From a virus, in the IMG/VR virus record IMGVR_UViG_3300037277_000110, positions 9,800 to 73,799 of that record: a DNA stretch of 64,000 nt. One strand, given 5' to 3'. The notes beneath the pieces were generated by a model. That model did not search any database and had not been told where the DNA came from. It was given only the letters and a program-made list of their open reading frames with translations. Position 1 is the stretch's first letter; every line of letters begins with the position of its first letter. This document shows, in pieces, positions 29,705-38,981 of the stretch. The translations under genes were made by a program, and so were the position numbers.

Positions 29705-32060
29705 TTTGATTAATTTGAGGGTTTTGTTGTGGTTGTTGCTGTTGTGCTTGCGATTGATGATCTATAATTCCATGATCACCATTATATTTAGCTTCCATCT
29801 GCTGCATTTCAGATGAATGTTTCCATGAGGCTTCATCCATATTATTCTGATGGCGTTGACGTTCTTTATCCATTTCAGCTTTTTGCTTCTGTTGTTCTAT
29901 CTTCTGAAGACCTTCATTCTGCATCTGGATAGCTTTTTCTTTTTCAGCCTGTTCTTGCTCCATTTTCTTCCTGATAGCATTAGAAAGATATAGTCTTATA
30001 TCCTTTAAATTAGCCCCACTTATAACCTTTTCAGTAATATACAGATATACATCTAAAGTTATCCCAGGTTTACCATTACGTCCATCTTCCATAGCTATTT
30101 CAGCAGCTCTCATAATATTCTGAATATCCTGAGTTGTCGGACGTGGCATTAATGATATTCCAAGTTCGGTCAAATCATAATCGTTTTCTTTTAAAGCCTG
30201 AACATCATTCTGCCCAATTATCCGAGCATACATTTTATAGCATTCATTATCTGTCTGAACTTTTAATCTTACTCCTTCAGCTATAAATTCAGCACTATTT
30301 TTCTTAACCTTAAATATAGAGTCAATCATCGGCTTTAGAACTTTTGTAGTCCCTTGCAATGCCATTTCAGTAGTTGCTTTTCCAGAGTTATTGTCTGGTT
30401 GAGCCCCTATAGCTACTGGATTTATACCAGTTATCATTTCAACCATATTAAGTGAATTCTGGAATAGAGTAATACAGTTATTGATAGAATTGATCAACTC
30501 TGAAGGAATTCTTTGAATTGGACTTACATTACCTCCTGGATATTTCCCGTTCATGGGAAGACTCCTGTATGGCAACATTCGGGTTTTTTTCATCAGACCA
30601 ATCAAATCCAAAATATCATAAGCCTTACCCTTAATCTTAACCCGATCAAATACAGTCTGATCAAGTAAGGTAACCCCATCAAATTCATCAGCTAGGTACT
30701 GTTGAAGTTTCAACCATGCTAACTGAAAATTATCGTAAATAGGTATTAATCTTCTAGTTATAGATTCTTCAGATCCTTTATAAAGGTGAAATGACATTAA
30801 AGGAGTCTTATTATACCTACTTCTTGTCTGAGCTACACTTAACCTATGGTCAAAGATCATTTGGGTTCCTACAATCCATTTAGCTTCATATTTCCTGCGA
30901 ATAGTAGTTGTCCGAGTCTTATTATTGGCTGAATTTCTTTGTTTACCAAACTCTTGATCATAAAGAGTTCTTATACCTCTTTTACTTACATTTTCTGTTT
31001 TATATTCAAGGTCAGAATCAATCCATTCAACATCCAATAAAGCACATTTATAGAAGTCATACACCCATTCACCATAAACATCCTGCTTATTATATTTATT
31101 CCAATCATCAATAATCGGATTACCGTTTATCCCTGACCAGTTCATAGCTATATGCTTTATGTCTTCTTCTTTATACCCTCGTTCTTCCAATTTCCTACGT
31201 ATCGAGGATATAGTCACAACATCAATATATCCAAAATATGAAGAGTCACTAAAATCTCTTTCATCTGAATATTGAGCAATCACTCTTGTTATATCGATAT
31301 ATTTTGATTTCCATTTACATTCTGTTTCGTCATAATAATCTCTTACGCCACATGAATTAAAGTCAATTATATCTTCGATAAGTCTTCGTTTTATTTCATA
31401 CCAGTCTGATATTTCATAAGTATGTTTACAAACTTTTTCAATGGCTTTAGAGATTCCGGTTTTAAATTCACCTATTTGTTCCATGAGTTCAAGTTCATCC
31501 AAATCCCTTGGATACATTGTCGGATTTTCAGTAGGTATTCCCGCTTTTTGCTTTACCTCATTTAAAAACTGCATATTCTGAGCTTCAGCAAATAACTCAG
31601 ACTTCTTTTTTTCTTGATCAGATGTACTGTGAGGGTCTATCGTGTCAGCAATAACTTCATAATCTGTTTCTTCAAATACCCCAAATATAGCCGTTTTAAC
31701 ACGTACAGCCAAGCCAACTATGTCCCATAATATATTACCATAACCTTTTCTTCTTGTCTTAATATTCGTCCATGAACCATCAAAATCAGTAACAACATCA
31801 TGAGGCTTACCGGTTTCTTCTTTACCCATTAACTGATCCATGTACTTATGTTCCGATTGTTTACCATTACTGTATCTACGAATTTCATCATAAATACTAA
31901 TAAATGAAAATGGGAATCCACATTTATCTCTTATGTAGGTTGAGTAAATAGATTCACACATCTTAATACCATATCCGGGTTGTAACTTTTTTTGTGGATC
32001 TATATTTCGACTTGGAAACAGAAACTCATCTGTTTTGTATTGTCCGTTAATGTCAGCCAT
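29697..32060 (-). CDS. Portal protein (crAss-like)
   Basis: ~787 aa; RRYSNGKQ...Y, LWDIV, YEAKWIVGT, ITGIN motifs; Gln-rich C-terminal coiled coil. Start moved to ATG 32060 because the ORF-track TTG lies inside the promoter box. Confidence 0.8.
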   Translation of the reverse strand: MADINGQYKTDEFLFPSRNIDPQKKLQPGYGIKMCESIYSTYIRDKCGFPFSFISIYDEIRRYSNGKQSEHKYMDQLMGKEETGKPHDVVTDFDGSWTNIKTRRKGYGNILWDIVGLAVRVKTAIFGVFEETDYEVIADTIDPHSTSDQEKKKSELFAEAQNMQFLNEVKQKAGIPTENPTMYPRDLDELELMEQIGEFKTGISKAIEKVCKHTYEISDWYEIKRRLIEDIIDFNSCGVRDYYDETECKWKSKYIDITRVIAQYSDERDFSDSSYFGYIDVVTISSIRRKLEERGYKEEDIKHIAMNWSGINGNPIIDDWNKYNKQDVYGEWVYDFYKCALLDVEWIDSDLEYKTENVSKRGIRTLYDQEFGKQRNSANNKTRTTTIRRKYEAKWIVGTQMIFDHRLSVAQTRSRYNKTPLMSFHLYKGSEESITRRLIPIYDNFQLAWLKLQQYLADEFDGVTLLDQTVFDRVKIKGKAYDILDLIGLMKKTRMLPYRSLPMNGKYPGGNVSPIQRIPSELINSINNCITLFQNSLNMVEMITGINPVAIGAQPDNNSGKATTEMALQGTTKVLKPMIDSIFKVKKNSAEFIAEGVRLKVQTDNECYKMYARIIGQNDVQALKENDYDLTELGISLMPRPTTQDIQNIMRAAEIAMEDGRNGKPGITLDVYLYITEKVISGANLKDIRLYLSNAIRKKMEQEQAEKEKAIQMQNEGLQKIEQQKQKAEMDKERQRHQNNMDEASWKHSSEMQQMEAKYNGDHGIIDHQSQAQQQQPQQNPQINQNA

Positions 32061-32222
32061 TAAATAATGTTTTATTGGCAAATTTAAATAAAAAAGAAAA
32101 GCATGTTTTTTAACATATTGAATACAGTTGTATTATTAAAATAGATGATGTTACTTTGACATTAAATAAATCTCACATAGGAAAAAAGTACTTGTGAGTA
32201 GTAATAACTAAAACTTATAAAA

Positions 32223-34334
32223 ATGATTGAATTCACAAAAGTAATTCAGGCACAATTTGATAAAATGTGCAGATCTGGCAAGTTGTTCAGAAGTTTTTTA
32301 ACTGGACAACAAGTTTGGGACATCTATATTAATGGATTTGAGAAAAAACATAATCCAATATTCAGAGACCCAGAAAGCTCTATGCACAATTGTAATTTGT
32401 GCAAAAATTTCATTCGTAGATATGGGAATATTGTATCTATTGATGAAGTATATAACATTATTACAATGTTTGATGTAATCGCACCAGAAGAATTTATTAC
32501 AGTAGTAAAATCTATTTCAGATTCACTTAAAAAAGCAAAAGTCTCAGAAGTTTTTTTAGAAACATTAAATGAGTTAAATTCTTTACCTTACGAAAGTTGT
32601 AATAAGAACAATGCTTTATTTAAATTAGGTATTGATAAGAATGTGAAAAGATACACCAAAGAAGAAGCTGAAAAATATGGAGTAGTTAAACCGGAAGAAA
32701 TAAAAACATTCAACCATTTACATTTAAAATTACCAAAGCAATTTGTAGATATGGGAAGTAAATCAATTGAAGCTATAATGGCTGATTACAGAGATGCTAA
32801 AAATGTATTTCAAAGAGCTATGGTAGAAATACCTTTAGATACGCTTAATTTGGTTAAAGACCTTATTAACCAAGGAAGTTTACTGGATGGACAAACTCAT
32901 TTATATAAAATTGAGCAGTTTATTCCTTTAAAAAAACAGTACGATGAAACCGAAAATAGCAAAAAAGATAATTGGTGCTGGGTGAATTCGTATAAGCTAC
33001 AATTTGCCAAGTTTAAAAATGAGCTTATTGGTGTATTGTGTACTGAACTTGCAGAAGGAAAGGAGTTAAACGAGGCTTGTCAAGCATGGAATAAAAGGGT
33101 TGATCCTGCTAATTACATGAAGGCTTCTGCTCCAATAACTAAAAAACAAATTGAAGAAGCCCGTAAATTCGTTGAGGAAAATGGATATTCAGAATCTTTT
33201 GACCGTAGATTTGCTAATATTGACGATATTAAAGCATCTGAGATAAAACATATCAATGTTGGCGATGGTAATTTAAAAAATGTTTCTATTTTCGATAATG
33301 TTAAATCAACTTCTACAAGACATAAAAGAAGCGAATTTGATGGAGTAGAAGAAGTACATATTGATAAATTTATGCAAGATATTTTACCAACCTGTACTTC
33401 AGTAGAGGTTTTTTTATCTAATAAACATGATGGCAATATGGTTTCTATTACTAATTCAAATATTAAAGAAAGCAAACCAATATTTAAATGGACAAACAAT
33501 TATTCTTGGACCTTCAATGGAAACTTAGCTGGAAAATCAATGATAAAAGAAGCTGTTAAAACTGCCGGAGGTAAAATTGATGGAATACTAAGATTTAGTA
33601 TTATGTGGGCAGGAGATAATATAGATGATTCTGATTTAGATGCACATTGTATTGAACCTGATAGAAATGAAATATATTTCTCTAACAAATTAAGTTATAT
33701 AACTAAAGGACACCTTGATATTGATATAATAAGACCATCACAACAAATGCCAAAAGGAGCTGTAGAAAACATTACATATCCTTCATTAAACAATATGATA
33801 GAAGGTACTTATAAATTATTTATTCGTCAATACAATGGAAGAAACTCTAAAGGGTTTAAAGCTGAAATAGAATTTAATGGAGAGTTATATTCTTATGAGT
33901 ATAATCAAGCTGTTCACGGAGACATACAAATAGCTGAAGTAACTCTTAATCGTGGAGAATTTATTATTAATCATTTATTACCTGAAAATTCATCTTCTAA
34001 AGAACTTTACGGATTACAAACTAATGAATTCCATAAAGTAAACTTAATTTGTCTAAGTCCTAATCACTGGGATGAAAACAATGTTGGAAATAAGTATTTT
34101 TTCTTTATGCTTCAAGGATGCAAAAACAAAACAAGTATTCGTAGTTTTCATAATGAAAATTTAATATCTGAATTAGCGCAACACAGGAAAGTACTTGAAG
34201 TTTTAGGAACTACCAATATGATTGAACCTGCCGAAAAGCAATTATCTGGGCTAGGCTTCAATGCAACCGTAAAAGATGAGCTAATAGTTAAATTAACTGG
34301 AAGCCACAAAAGAGTAATAAAAATAAAATTTTAA
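32223..34334 (+). CDS. Large accessory protein with a C-terminal YfaP/DUF2135-like domain
   Basis: 703 aa; HNCNLC near the N-terminus; LRFSIMW...DLDAHC..P...LDID...AVENI motif. Confidence 0.6.
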   Translation: MIEFTKVIQAQFDKMCRSGKLFRSFLTGQQVWDIYINGFEKKHNPIFRDPESSMHNCNLCKNFIRRYGNIVSIDEVYNIITMFDVIAPEEFITVVKSISDSLKKAKVSEVFLETLNELNSLPYESCNKNNALFKLGIDKNVKRYTKEEAEKYGVVKPEEIKTFNHLHLKLPKQFVDMGSKSIEAIMADYRDAKNVFQRAMVEIPLDTLNLVKDLINQGSLLDGQTHLYKIEQFIPLKKQYDETENSKKDNWCWVNSYKLQFAKFKNELIGVLCTELAEGKELNEACQAWNKRVDPANYMKASAPITKKQIEEARKFVEENGYSESFDRRFANIDDIKASEIKHINVGDGNLKNVSIFDNVKSTSTRHKRSEFDGVEEVHIDKFMQDILPTCTSVEVFLSNKHDGNMVSITNSNIKESKPIFKWTNNYSWTFNGNLAGKSMIKEAVKTAGGKIDGILRFSIMWAGDNIDDSDLDAHCIEPDRNEIYFSNKLSYITKGHLDIDIIRPSQQMPKGAVENITYPSLNNMIEGTYKLFIRQYNGRNSKGFKAEIEFNGELYSYEYNQAVHGDIQIAEVTLNRGEFIINHLLPENSSSKELYGLQTNEFHKVNLICLSPNHWDENNVGNKYFFFMLQGCKNKTSIRSFHNENLISELAQHRKVLEVLGTTNMIEPAEKQLSGLGFNATVKDELIVKLTGSHKRVIKIKF

Positions 34335-34352
34335 CAATTTAAATTCAAAATT

Positions 34353-34724
34353 ATGTATAAACAAACAAGTCAATTAAAATTAAGGTTTATAACTAACGTA
34401 GGTTTGTTATCTTCCGAACAACTTTGGGATTTAACCCAAAATCAATTATCTAATGCTATTAAAGCAGTTAAAAAAGTATTGAAAAAAAATGATGATGATG
34501 AATTGTCATTTCTTGAAGATACTAAAGAAGTTGATGTCGAAAATCAGCTTAGGTTTGATATTTTAAAAGATGTTTATCTTACTAAGAAAAAAGAAGCCGA
34601 TGAAATTAGGAATGCTGCTGATGTTAAGGCTAATAATCAAAAAATAGACTCTTTAATTGCTGAAAAACAAGAAGGTAAATTACGGGAAATGTCCATTGAG
34701 GATTTAGAAAAACTTCGTAAATAA
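34353..34724 (+). CDS. Coiled-coil partner protein of the preceding gene
   Basis: 123 aa; KLRF...GLLS.EQLWDL...SF...LRFDILK pattern seen in many phages. Confidence 0.6.
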   Translation: MYKQTSQLKLRFITNVGLLSSEQLWDLTQNQLSNAIKAVKKVLKKNDDDELSFLEDTKEVDVENQLRFDILKDVYLTKKKEADEIRNAADVKANNQKIDSLIAEKQEGKLREMSIEDLEKLRK

Positions 34725-34728
34725 AGTC

Positions 34729-34762
34729 AATAAAAAAGGGAGCATATACTCCCTTTTTTATT
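34729..34762. terminator. Bidirectional intrinsic terminator
   Basis: AATAAAAAAGGGAG / CTCCCTTTTTTATT between convergent genes. Confidence 0.85.
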
Positions 34763-37093
34763 TTATCCATCGGCTAAAGAAGCCCACCAACCGAAGTCAA
34801 CATCGTGATCTTCCATTGCCTCCAATATCTCTTTATGCCTTGATTTAGATCCTAAAAAACAACACCCGGCAGCAGCAGCCAAGTCACATTTATTCAAATC
34901 TTCAAACGATTTAAGTTTCTTCCACTCTTCAAGTAGATCGGAATGACATTCTTTATGGCTCCGATATTCAATGTAATTACGGGTTAAGTCAAATATGTCA
35001 TTCTTGCTATCGGTCAAATTATATACACCCGGTTTAAGCTTTAATTTTTTAGCTACTTCATCATATTCATATAAGAGATAACCTCCATATCCCTGTTCCT
35101 CAAAATATTCCCAAAGTGCCTCTACGTTTATTTCAGGAAATATCATGGCTCCATAATATCTACATGCCAGTAAACAATCTCTACAAAACTCTTTGGATGT
35201 AGCTGGCCGATGTCGATACGTACAAACAAACTGATACGATTGCCAGTCAAACATATTGTCCTTTGGGTCAAGTACTTTGTCCCTCTCCCAAAACACAGCA
35301 AATCCTCCATCGGACATGTACGATCCGGTAGTTTCTAAAAGAGCTTTATTACCATTATATTTAAATGGGTCACCTCCGGCAGTGAACTTGCCAGGATACA
35401 TTGGCATCCATTTTTCTCTCTCAGTAAAGTTTATAGAATCATAATCGTATGTTTTTTTCTTCAGATCAATCTCGCCCGGATTTAATTGTTTACTAACCTT
35501 AAATCTTCCATTTTCAGGATCAACCCTAAAATGTACCTTATTATGTATTTCAACAAAATTACCAATTACACATACCTCATTACGTCTTAATTCAGCCAGA
35601 CGTTTGTCAATCTTTTCAACATCAAAACCGACATCCCCAGAGGACATTTTAAAGCATTCCTCTAATTTAAATGGAAATTTAGCCACAAGCTCCCGATACC
35701 TTTTCATATCCTGTGGAGTTCCACCTTTTAAGTAAAGATCCCTTTGAGATTGTAAATGCATTCTGGAACCATAAGGTCGGTTAAACCCATTAAATATTTG
35801 TTGAGCTGTTGGTTTTTCCATGATAGGCATTCCAAACTTATCGGTAAATTCTTCCAGATTTTCATAAGCCGCAAAAAAAAGTGGAAATAACCCTGACTTA
35901 GTTTGTCCAGTAGTTGAGTTACGTTGATAAAAATTAGAGTCTTTTATTAAAGATTGATATTTTAATCCACCCATAGCAACCATATCTTCTACAGTTGAAG
36001 GATGTATTGAGTATCCACGTATACTAGCACCTTCTCCAATAGACATAGTCTGTTTTAACATAGACCATCTCTCTGAAACATCACATTCTATAGTCTTTCC
36101 AGATTCGTCTACCAATGCAAAGTCAATAGTATCACCATCATACTCAGAACCACGTGCCGAAGTTGCAAAATCTATCCTACTCCTCAACTCATCACCAATA
36201 ACTATATTTTTAGACCTATTAAACTTTATGACTGTTTCTTGATTGTATAACCCTTCAAATGTTGGCTTGAAAAAGAATGGCATCTTTTCCCAAGATTGTA
36301 CCAATATACCATTAAATAATTTGTAAGCATTTGGATTGTTTTGCGATAATATAGCTCCATGTTTACCATCCCGTTCGGTAACCACACAATACATGCAACA
36401 CTCCGACATATTTGTAGTCCCACCACGTCTATTTTTAGGCTGTACAATACCGTAAGATACCCGGTAAGGTAAATCGACCATTTCATAATTACCATCATTA
36501 TTCGGGATAGCAAACCCAGTTTTATCATCTATGTTTTTAAACGTTTCCTGGCAAGTATATCCGTAATACCAGAATAAAAAGTTTTTTCGATCACGATCAC
36601 GATATTCTGCATATTTACCTTTATACTTTGAGCTATACCACCAATTTAAATAAGTAAAATGCCAACCACATATGTAAGTTGGCTTGCCATTAGAGAAAAA
36701 CCAGTACCCGTAAATCCTATGATACCATTGTTTTTTTATAAAATCAATTTCAACCCTATAATGGTCCTTATTTTCATTTAATCTTTCCCATATTTCATCA
36801 ATAATTTTCTGTCCGTTAACCTTGTCACTTGCCCTTTCCTTGCTTTTTAAATCATATTCAACATTTTCCTGAAGTGAAATTAATGATTCAGGCATTTTTT
36901 GTCTACGGAAATATTGTTCTTCTGGAAGTAATCCATAACCATCAATAAATTCTAATTTTGGTGGAGTTGGTAGGGATATTCTAATAGGTGTTAAATCCGG
37001 ATCAGGATCGGTTCCTTCTGGATGACCTTGATTTATTACAAATGAAAGATCAGCAGGTAGGTATCTACTTACTATATTTTGGTCAACTTTCAT
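34763..37093 (-). CDS. terL: Terminase large subunit (crAss-like)
   Basis: 776 aa; KNRRGGTT Walker A variant, LVDESGK Walker B, HPST coupling motif, AGGDPF nuclease, PEIN, C-terminal DL. Confidence 0.9.
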   Translation of the reverse strand: MKVDQNIVSRYLPADLSFVINQGHPEGTDPDPDLTPIRISLPTPPKLEFIDGYGLLPEEQYFRRQKMPESLISLQENVEYDLKSKERASDKVNGQKIIDEIWERLNENKDHYRVEIDFIKKQWYHRIYGYWFFSNGKPTYICGWHFTYLNWWYSSKYKGKYAEYRDRDRKNFLFWYYGYTCQETFKNIDDKTGFAIPNNDGNYEMVDLPYRVSYGIVQPKNRRGGTTNMSECCMYCVVTERDGKHGAILSQNNPNAYKLFNGILVQSWEKMPFFFKPTFEGLYNQETVIKFNRSKNIVIGDELRSRIDFATSARGSEYDGDTIDFALVDESGKTIECDVSERWSMLKQTMSIGEGASIRGYSIHPSTVEDMVAMGGLKYQSLIKDSNFYQRNSTTGQTKSGLFPLFFAAYENLEEFTDKFGMPIMEKPTAQQIFNGFNRPYGSRMHLQSQRDLYLKGGTPQDMKRYRELVAKFPFKLEECFKMSSGDVGFDVEKIDKRLAELRRNEVCVIGNFVEIHNKVHFRVDPENGRFKVSKQLNPGEIDLKKKTYDYDSINFTEREKWMPMYPGKFTAGGDPFKYNGNKALLETTGSYMSDGGFAVFWERDKVLDPKDNMFDWQSYQFVCTYRHRPATSKEFCRDCLLACRYYGAMIFPEINVEALWEYFEEQGYGGYLLYEYDEVAKKLKLKPGVYNLTDSKNDIFDLTRNYIEYRSHKECHSDLLEEWKKLKSFEDLNKCDLAAAAGCCFLGSKSRHKEILEAMEDHDVDFGWWASLADG

Positions 37094-37761
37094 CGACTAG
37101 CCTTAAATTTTAAAGGTTCTGGATCGTAATTCCCATAAGGGTTACCGATTATTTCTTTTAACTTCTCAGGATCGTCCCTTACAGCAGCAATATCTTCTGG
37201 TCGACATTTAATACGTTCTTTTTCGATACCTTTATAAAGGGCCATACGCATATTAATAACCTCATGACCTCCAAATATAGCATCGGTTAATTCGGTAATC
37301 TCCGATTGAAGCTTTTTGATGTTATTAATAGTATCCTTGTAATCTTTTGAAGTGCTTATTTTGGCAGCATTTTTATACTCTGAAGCAAATATATTCCAAT
37401 ACATATTTAATGAAATATACTCAGGAGATCCAAAACTACGTATGTATACCGATACGGCATCATTAAATATCTCGTTTTCTCCAACCATCAAATCTTCATA
37501 CTTTTTTAAGAAAGTACCGTCTGAATTGGTCTTAAATTCAGCCAGTTTTGCAGCTTCAGTTTTCCGACTTATAAGCTCAGGGTATCTTATGCGTAAAGGA
37601 GTATTTAGATCGTAGAAAAGTATCAGGTAACTAATAGCTTGCTTCTTACTGACTCCAAATTCCTTGTTGAATTCCTCGTATTCTTCTTCCAATAACGAAA
37701 CCGTTTCAGAATCAAATGGATTGAACCTGAATAGCTTTACATCAATATTTTCTTTATTCAT
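37090..37761 (-). CDS. Putative terminase small subunit
   Basis: 223 aa, helical, overlaps the terL start. Confidence 0.45.
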   Translation of the reverse strand: MNKENIDVKLFRFNPFDSETVSLLEEEYEEFNKEFGVSKKQAISYLILFYDLNTPLRIRYPELISRKTEAAKLAEFKTNSDGTFLKKYEDLMVGENEIFNDAVSVYIRSFGSPEYISLNMYWNIFASEYKNAAKISTSKDYKDTINNIKKLQSEITELTDAIFGGHEVINMRMALYKGIEKERIKCRPEDIAAVRDDPEKLKEIIGNPYGNYDPEPLKFKASR

Positions 37762-37812
37762 TTTATTAGTTTCCCGTTAAAAAAATGAAGGGGGACTTAA
37801 CCCCCTTTTCGA

Positions 37813-38271
37813 TTAGCTTGGGCTCAAAGAAGCTGATCTTGAACTTGCACGGCTAATATCTTCAATAGTATGTGTCGTTAAAACACGGATATGAGGTCTG
37901 TTAGAACCTCTATCCAACCAGATATAACTATACCCGGAAATACCATTAACAGTTGTGTTTCTACCCTTAACTAAATGTTCAACGTTAATTCTCCGAATAC
38001 CTGTCCGGGTCTTACGATCCCATTCAATGTATTGAATATTAATCCACTGTTCATTTGCCACCTCTCGAATCCTGGCATGAAACTGAGCCTTGGTTAGCGA
38101 GGTAGTGTACCTAATATCCTTGTACCGTTGACCATCAGTATCCGAATAATAAAATACAGTTTGATTAGAAGAGTTTTGATAGAAGTCATGCACCTTATTG
38201 GAGCATAATAGTAAGTTATAGCTTACTGTGTCACCGCCCAATTTTACAATGGGAACAATTACTAAACTCAT
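37813..38271 (-). CDS. Hypothetical protein, first gene of the packaging operon
   Basis: 152 aa; promoter box and operator upstream, hairpin downstream. Confidence 0.55.
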   Translation of the reverse strand: MSLVIVPIVKLGGDTVSYNLLLCSNKVHDFYQNSSNQTVFYYSDTDGQRYKDIRYTTSLTKAQFHARIREVANEQWINIQYIEWDRKTRTGIRRINVEHLVKGRNTTVNGISGYSYIWLDRGSNRPHIRVLTTHTIEDISRASSRSASLSPS

Positions 38272-38343
38272 AGCATATATTTTTTAAAGTTATGCTACAA
38301 ATTTAATGTTTTATAACATATAGTTTTTTTAATATATTTTTAG

Positions 38344-38351
38344 TATGTTTG
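38344..38351 (+). promoter_or_regulatory. Bacteroidota -7 promoter box of the tRNA operon
   Basis: TATGTTTG matches TAnnTTTG; ends 4 nt before the leader ATG, implying a leaderless or near-leaderless mRNA. Confidence 0.7.
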
Positions 38352-38355
38352 CCTT

Positions 38356-38436
38356 ATGAAAACACAAACACTATATTGTCTCTATTTATCGTTGTCAAGT
38401 TACTTTAGTTTCTTGAAGAGGCAATATTATGTTTAA
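38356..38436 (+). CDS. Attenuator leader peptide of the tRNA operon (MKTQTLYCLYLSLSSYFSFLKRQYYV)
   Basis: Read by hand; codons 6-20 are all Leu/Tyr/Cys/Ser/Phe, the amino acids of the downstream tRNAs; contains the antiterminator strand. Confidence 0.8.
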   Translation: MKTQTLYCLYLSLSSYFSFLKRQYYV

Positions 38437-38455
38437 TTACATAAGACTAAACTAT

Positions 38456-38488
38456 AAAGCCTCTTGAAGAAATTTGAGAGGCTTTTTT
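38456..38488 (+). terminator. Attenuator terminator upstream of the tRNA array
   Basis: AAAGCCTCTTGAA-GAAA-TTTGAGAGGCTTT plus T-tract; 38459-38472 can alternatively pair with 38409-38422. Confidence 0.85.
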
Positions 38489-38494
38489 ATTTAT

Positions 38495-38574
38495 GTTCCC
38501 TTGGTGTAATTGGCAGCCACGGTAGGTTTAAGCCCTACTCCTTCGGGGTGAAAGTTCGAGTCTTTCAGGGAATA
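38495..38574 (+). tRNA. tRNA-Leu(UAA)
   Basis: Acceptor GTTCCCT/AGGGAAT; anticodon arm GTAGG-TTTAAGC-CCTAC; variable hairpin; T arm GAAAG-TTCGAGT-CTTTC. Confidence 0.85.
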
Positions 38575-38580
38575 CTAAAT

Positions 38581-38653
38581 GCTTGAGTAGAGAATTGGTA
38601 TATCGGTCTGACTTAGGATCAGACGCTTGTGGATTCGAATTCCACCTCAAGCA
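38581..38653 (+). tRNA. tRNA-Leu(UAG), short variable arm
   Basis: GCTTGAG/CTCAAGC; TCTGA-CTTAGGA-TCAGA; GTGGA-TTCGAAT-TCCAC. Confidence 0.85.
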
Positions 38654-38660
38654 CTAAAAT

Positions 38661-38733
38661 GGAGGTCAAGCTAATCTGGTGAAAGCACGGGTCTGAAAAA
38701 CCTGAGAGTTTGGATCGAAACCAAAGGTCTCCA
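38661..38733 (+). tRNA. tRNA-Phe(GAA)
   Basis: GGAGGTC/GGTCTCC; CGGGT-CTGAAAA-ACCTG; TTTGG-ATCGAAA-CCAAA. Confidence 0.85.
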
Positions 38734-38742
38734 CAAATATTT

Positions 38743-38826
38743 GGAAGGTTTGCTAGCGGCCTAGCAATCGGTCCTGAAAACCGAGATACAAGGTAACACT
38801 TGGGGAATCGACATCTCAACCTTCCG
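38743..38826 (+). tRNA. tRNA-Ser(UGA), with C33
   Basis: GGAAGGT/ACCTTCC, G discriminator; TCGGT-CCTGAAA-ACCGA; long variable arm. Confidence 0.75.
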
Positions 38827-38832
38827 CGATAT

Positions 38833-38903
38833 GGGATAAATACCAGGGCAGTAAGGACGGTCTGTAAAACCGAACCATGAACTTTCGAGTAGTTCTTATC
38901 CCA
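38833..38903 (+). tRNA. tRNA-Tyr(GUA), short variable arm
   Basis: GGGATAA/TTATCCC; CGGT-CTGTAAA-ACCG; GAACT-TTCGAGT-AGTTC. Confidence 0.75.
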
Positions 38904-38908
38904 CTAAT

Positions 38909-38977
38909 GTCTGGTTACACGGTACAAAGACAGTCCGCAAAACTGATTCCAGAGTGGTTCAACTCCACTACCAGACT
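38909..38977 (+). tRNA. tRNA-Cys(GCA), with C33 and a reduced D arm
   Basis: GTCTGGT/ACCAGAC, U discriminator; CAGT-CCGCAAA-ACTG; AGTGG-TTCAACT-CCACT. Confidence 0.75.
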
Positions 38978-38981
38978 CTAT

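Noticed and set aside
38619-38819. 66-aa minus-strand ORF
   Set aside because: Antisense shadow of the tRNA array.
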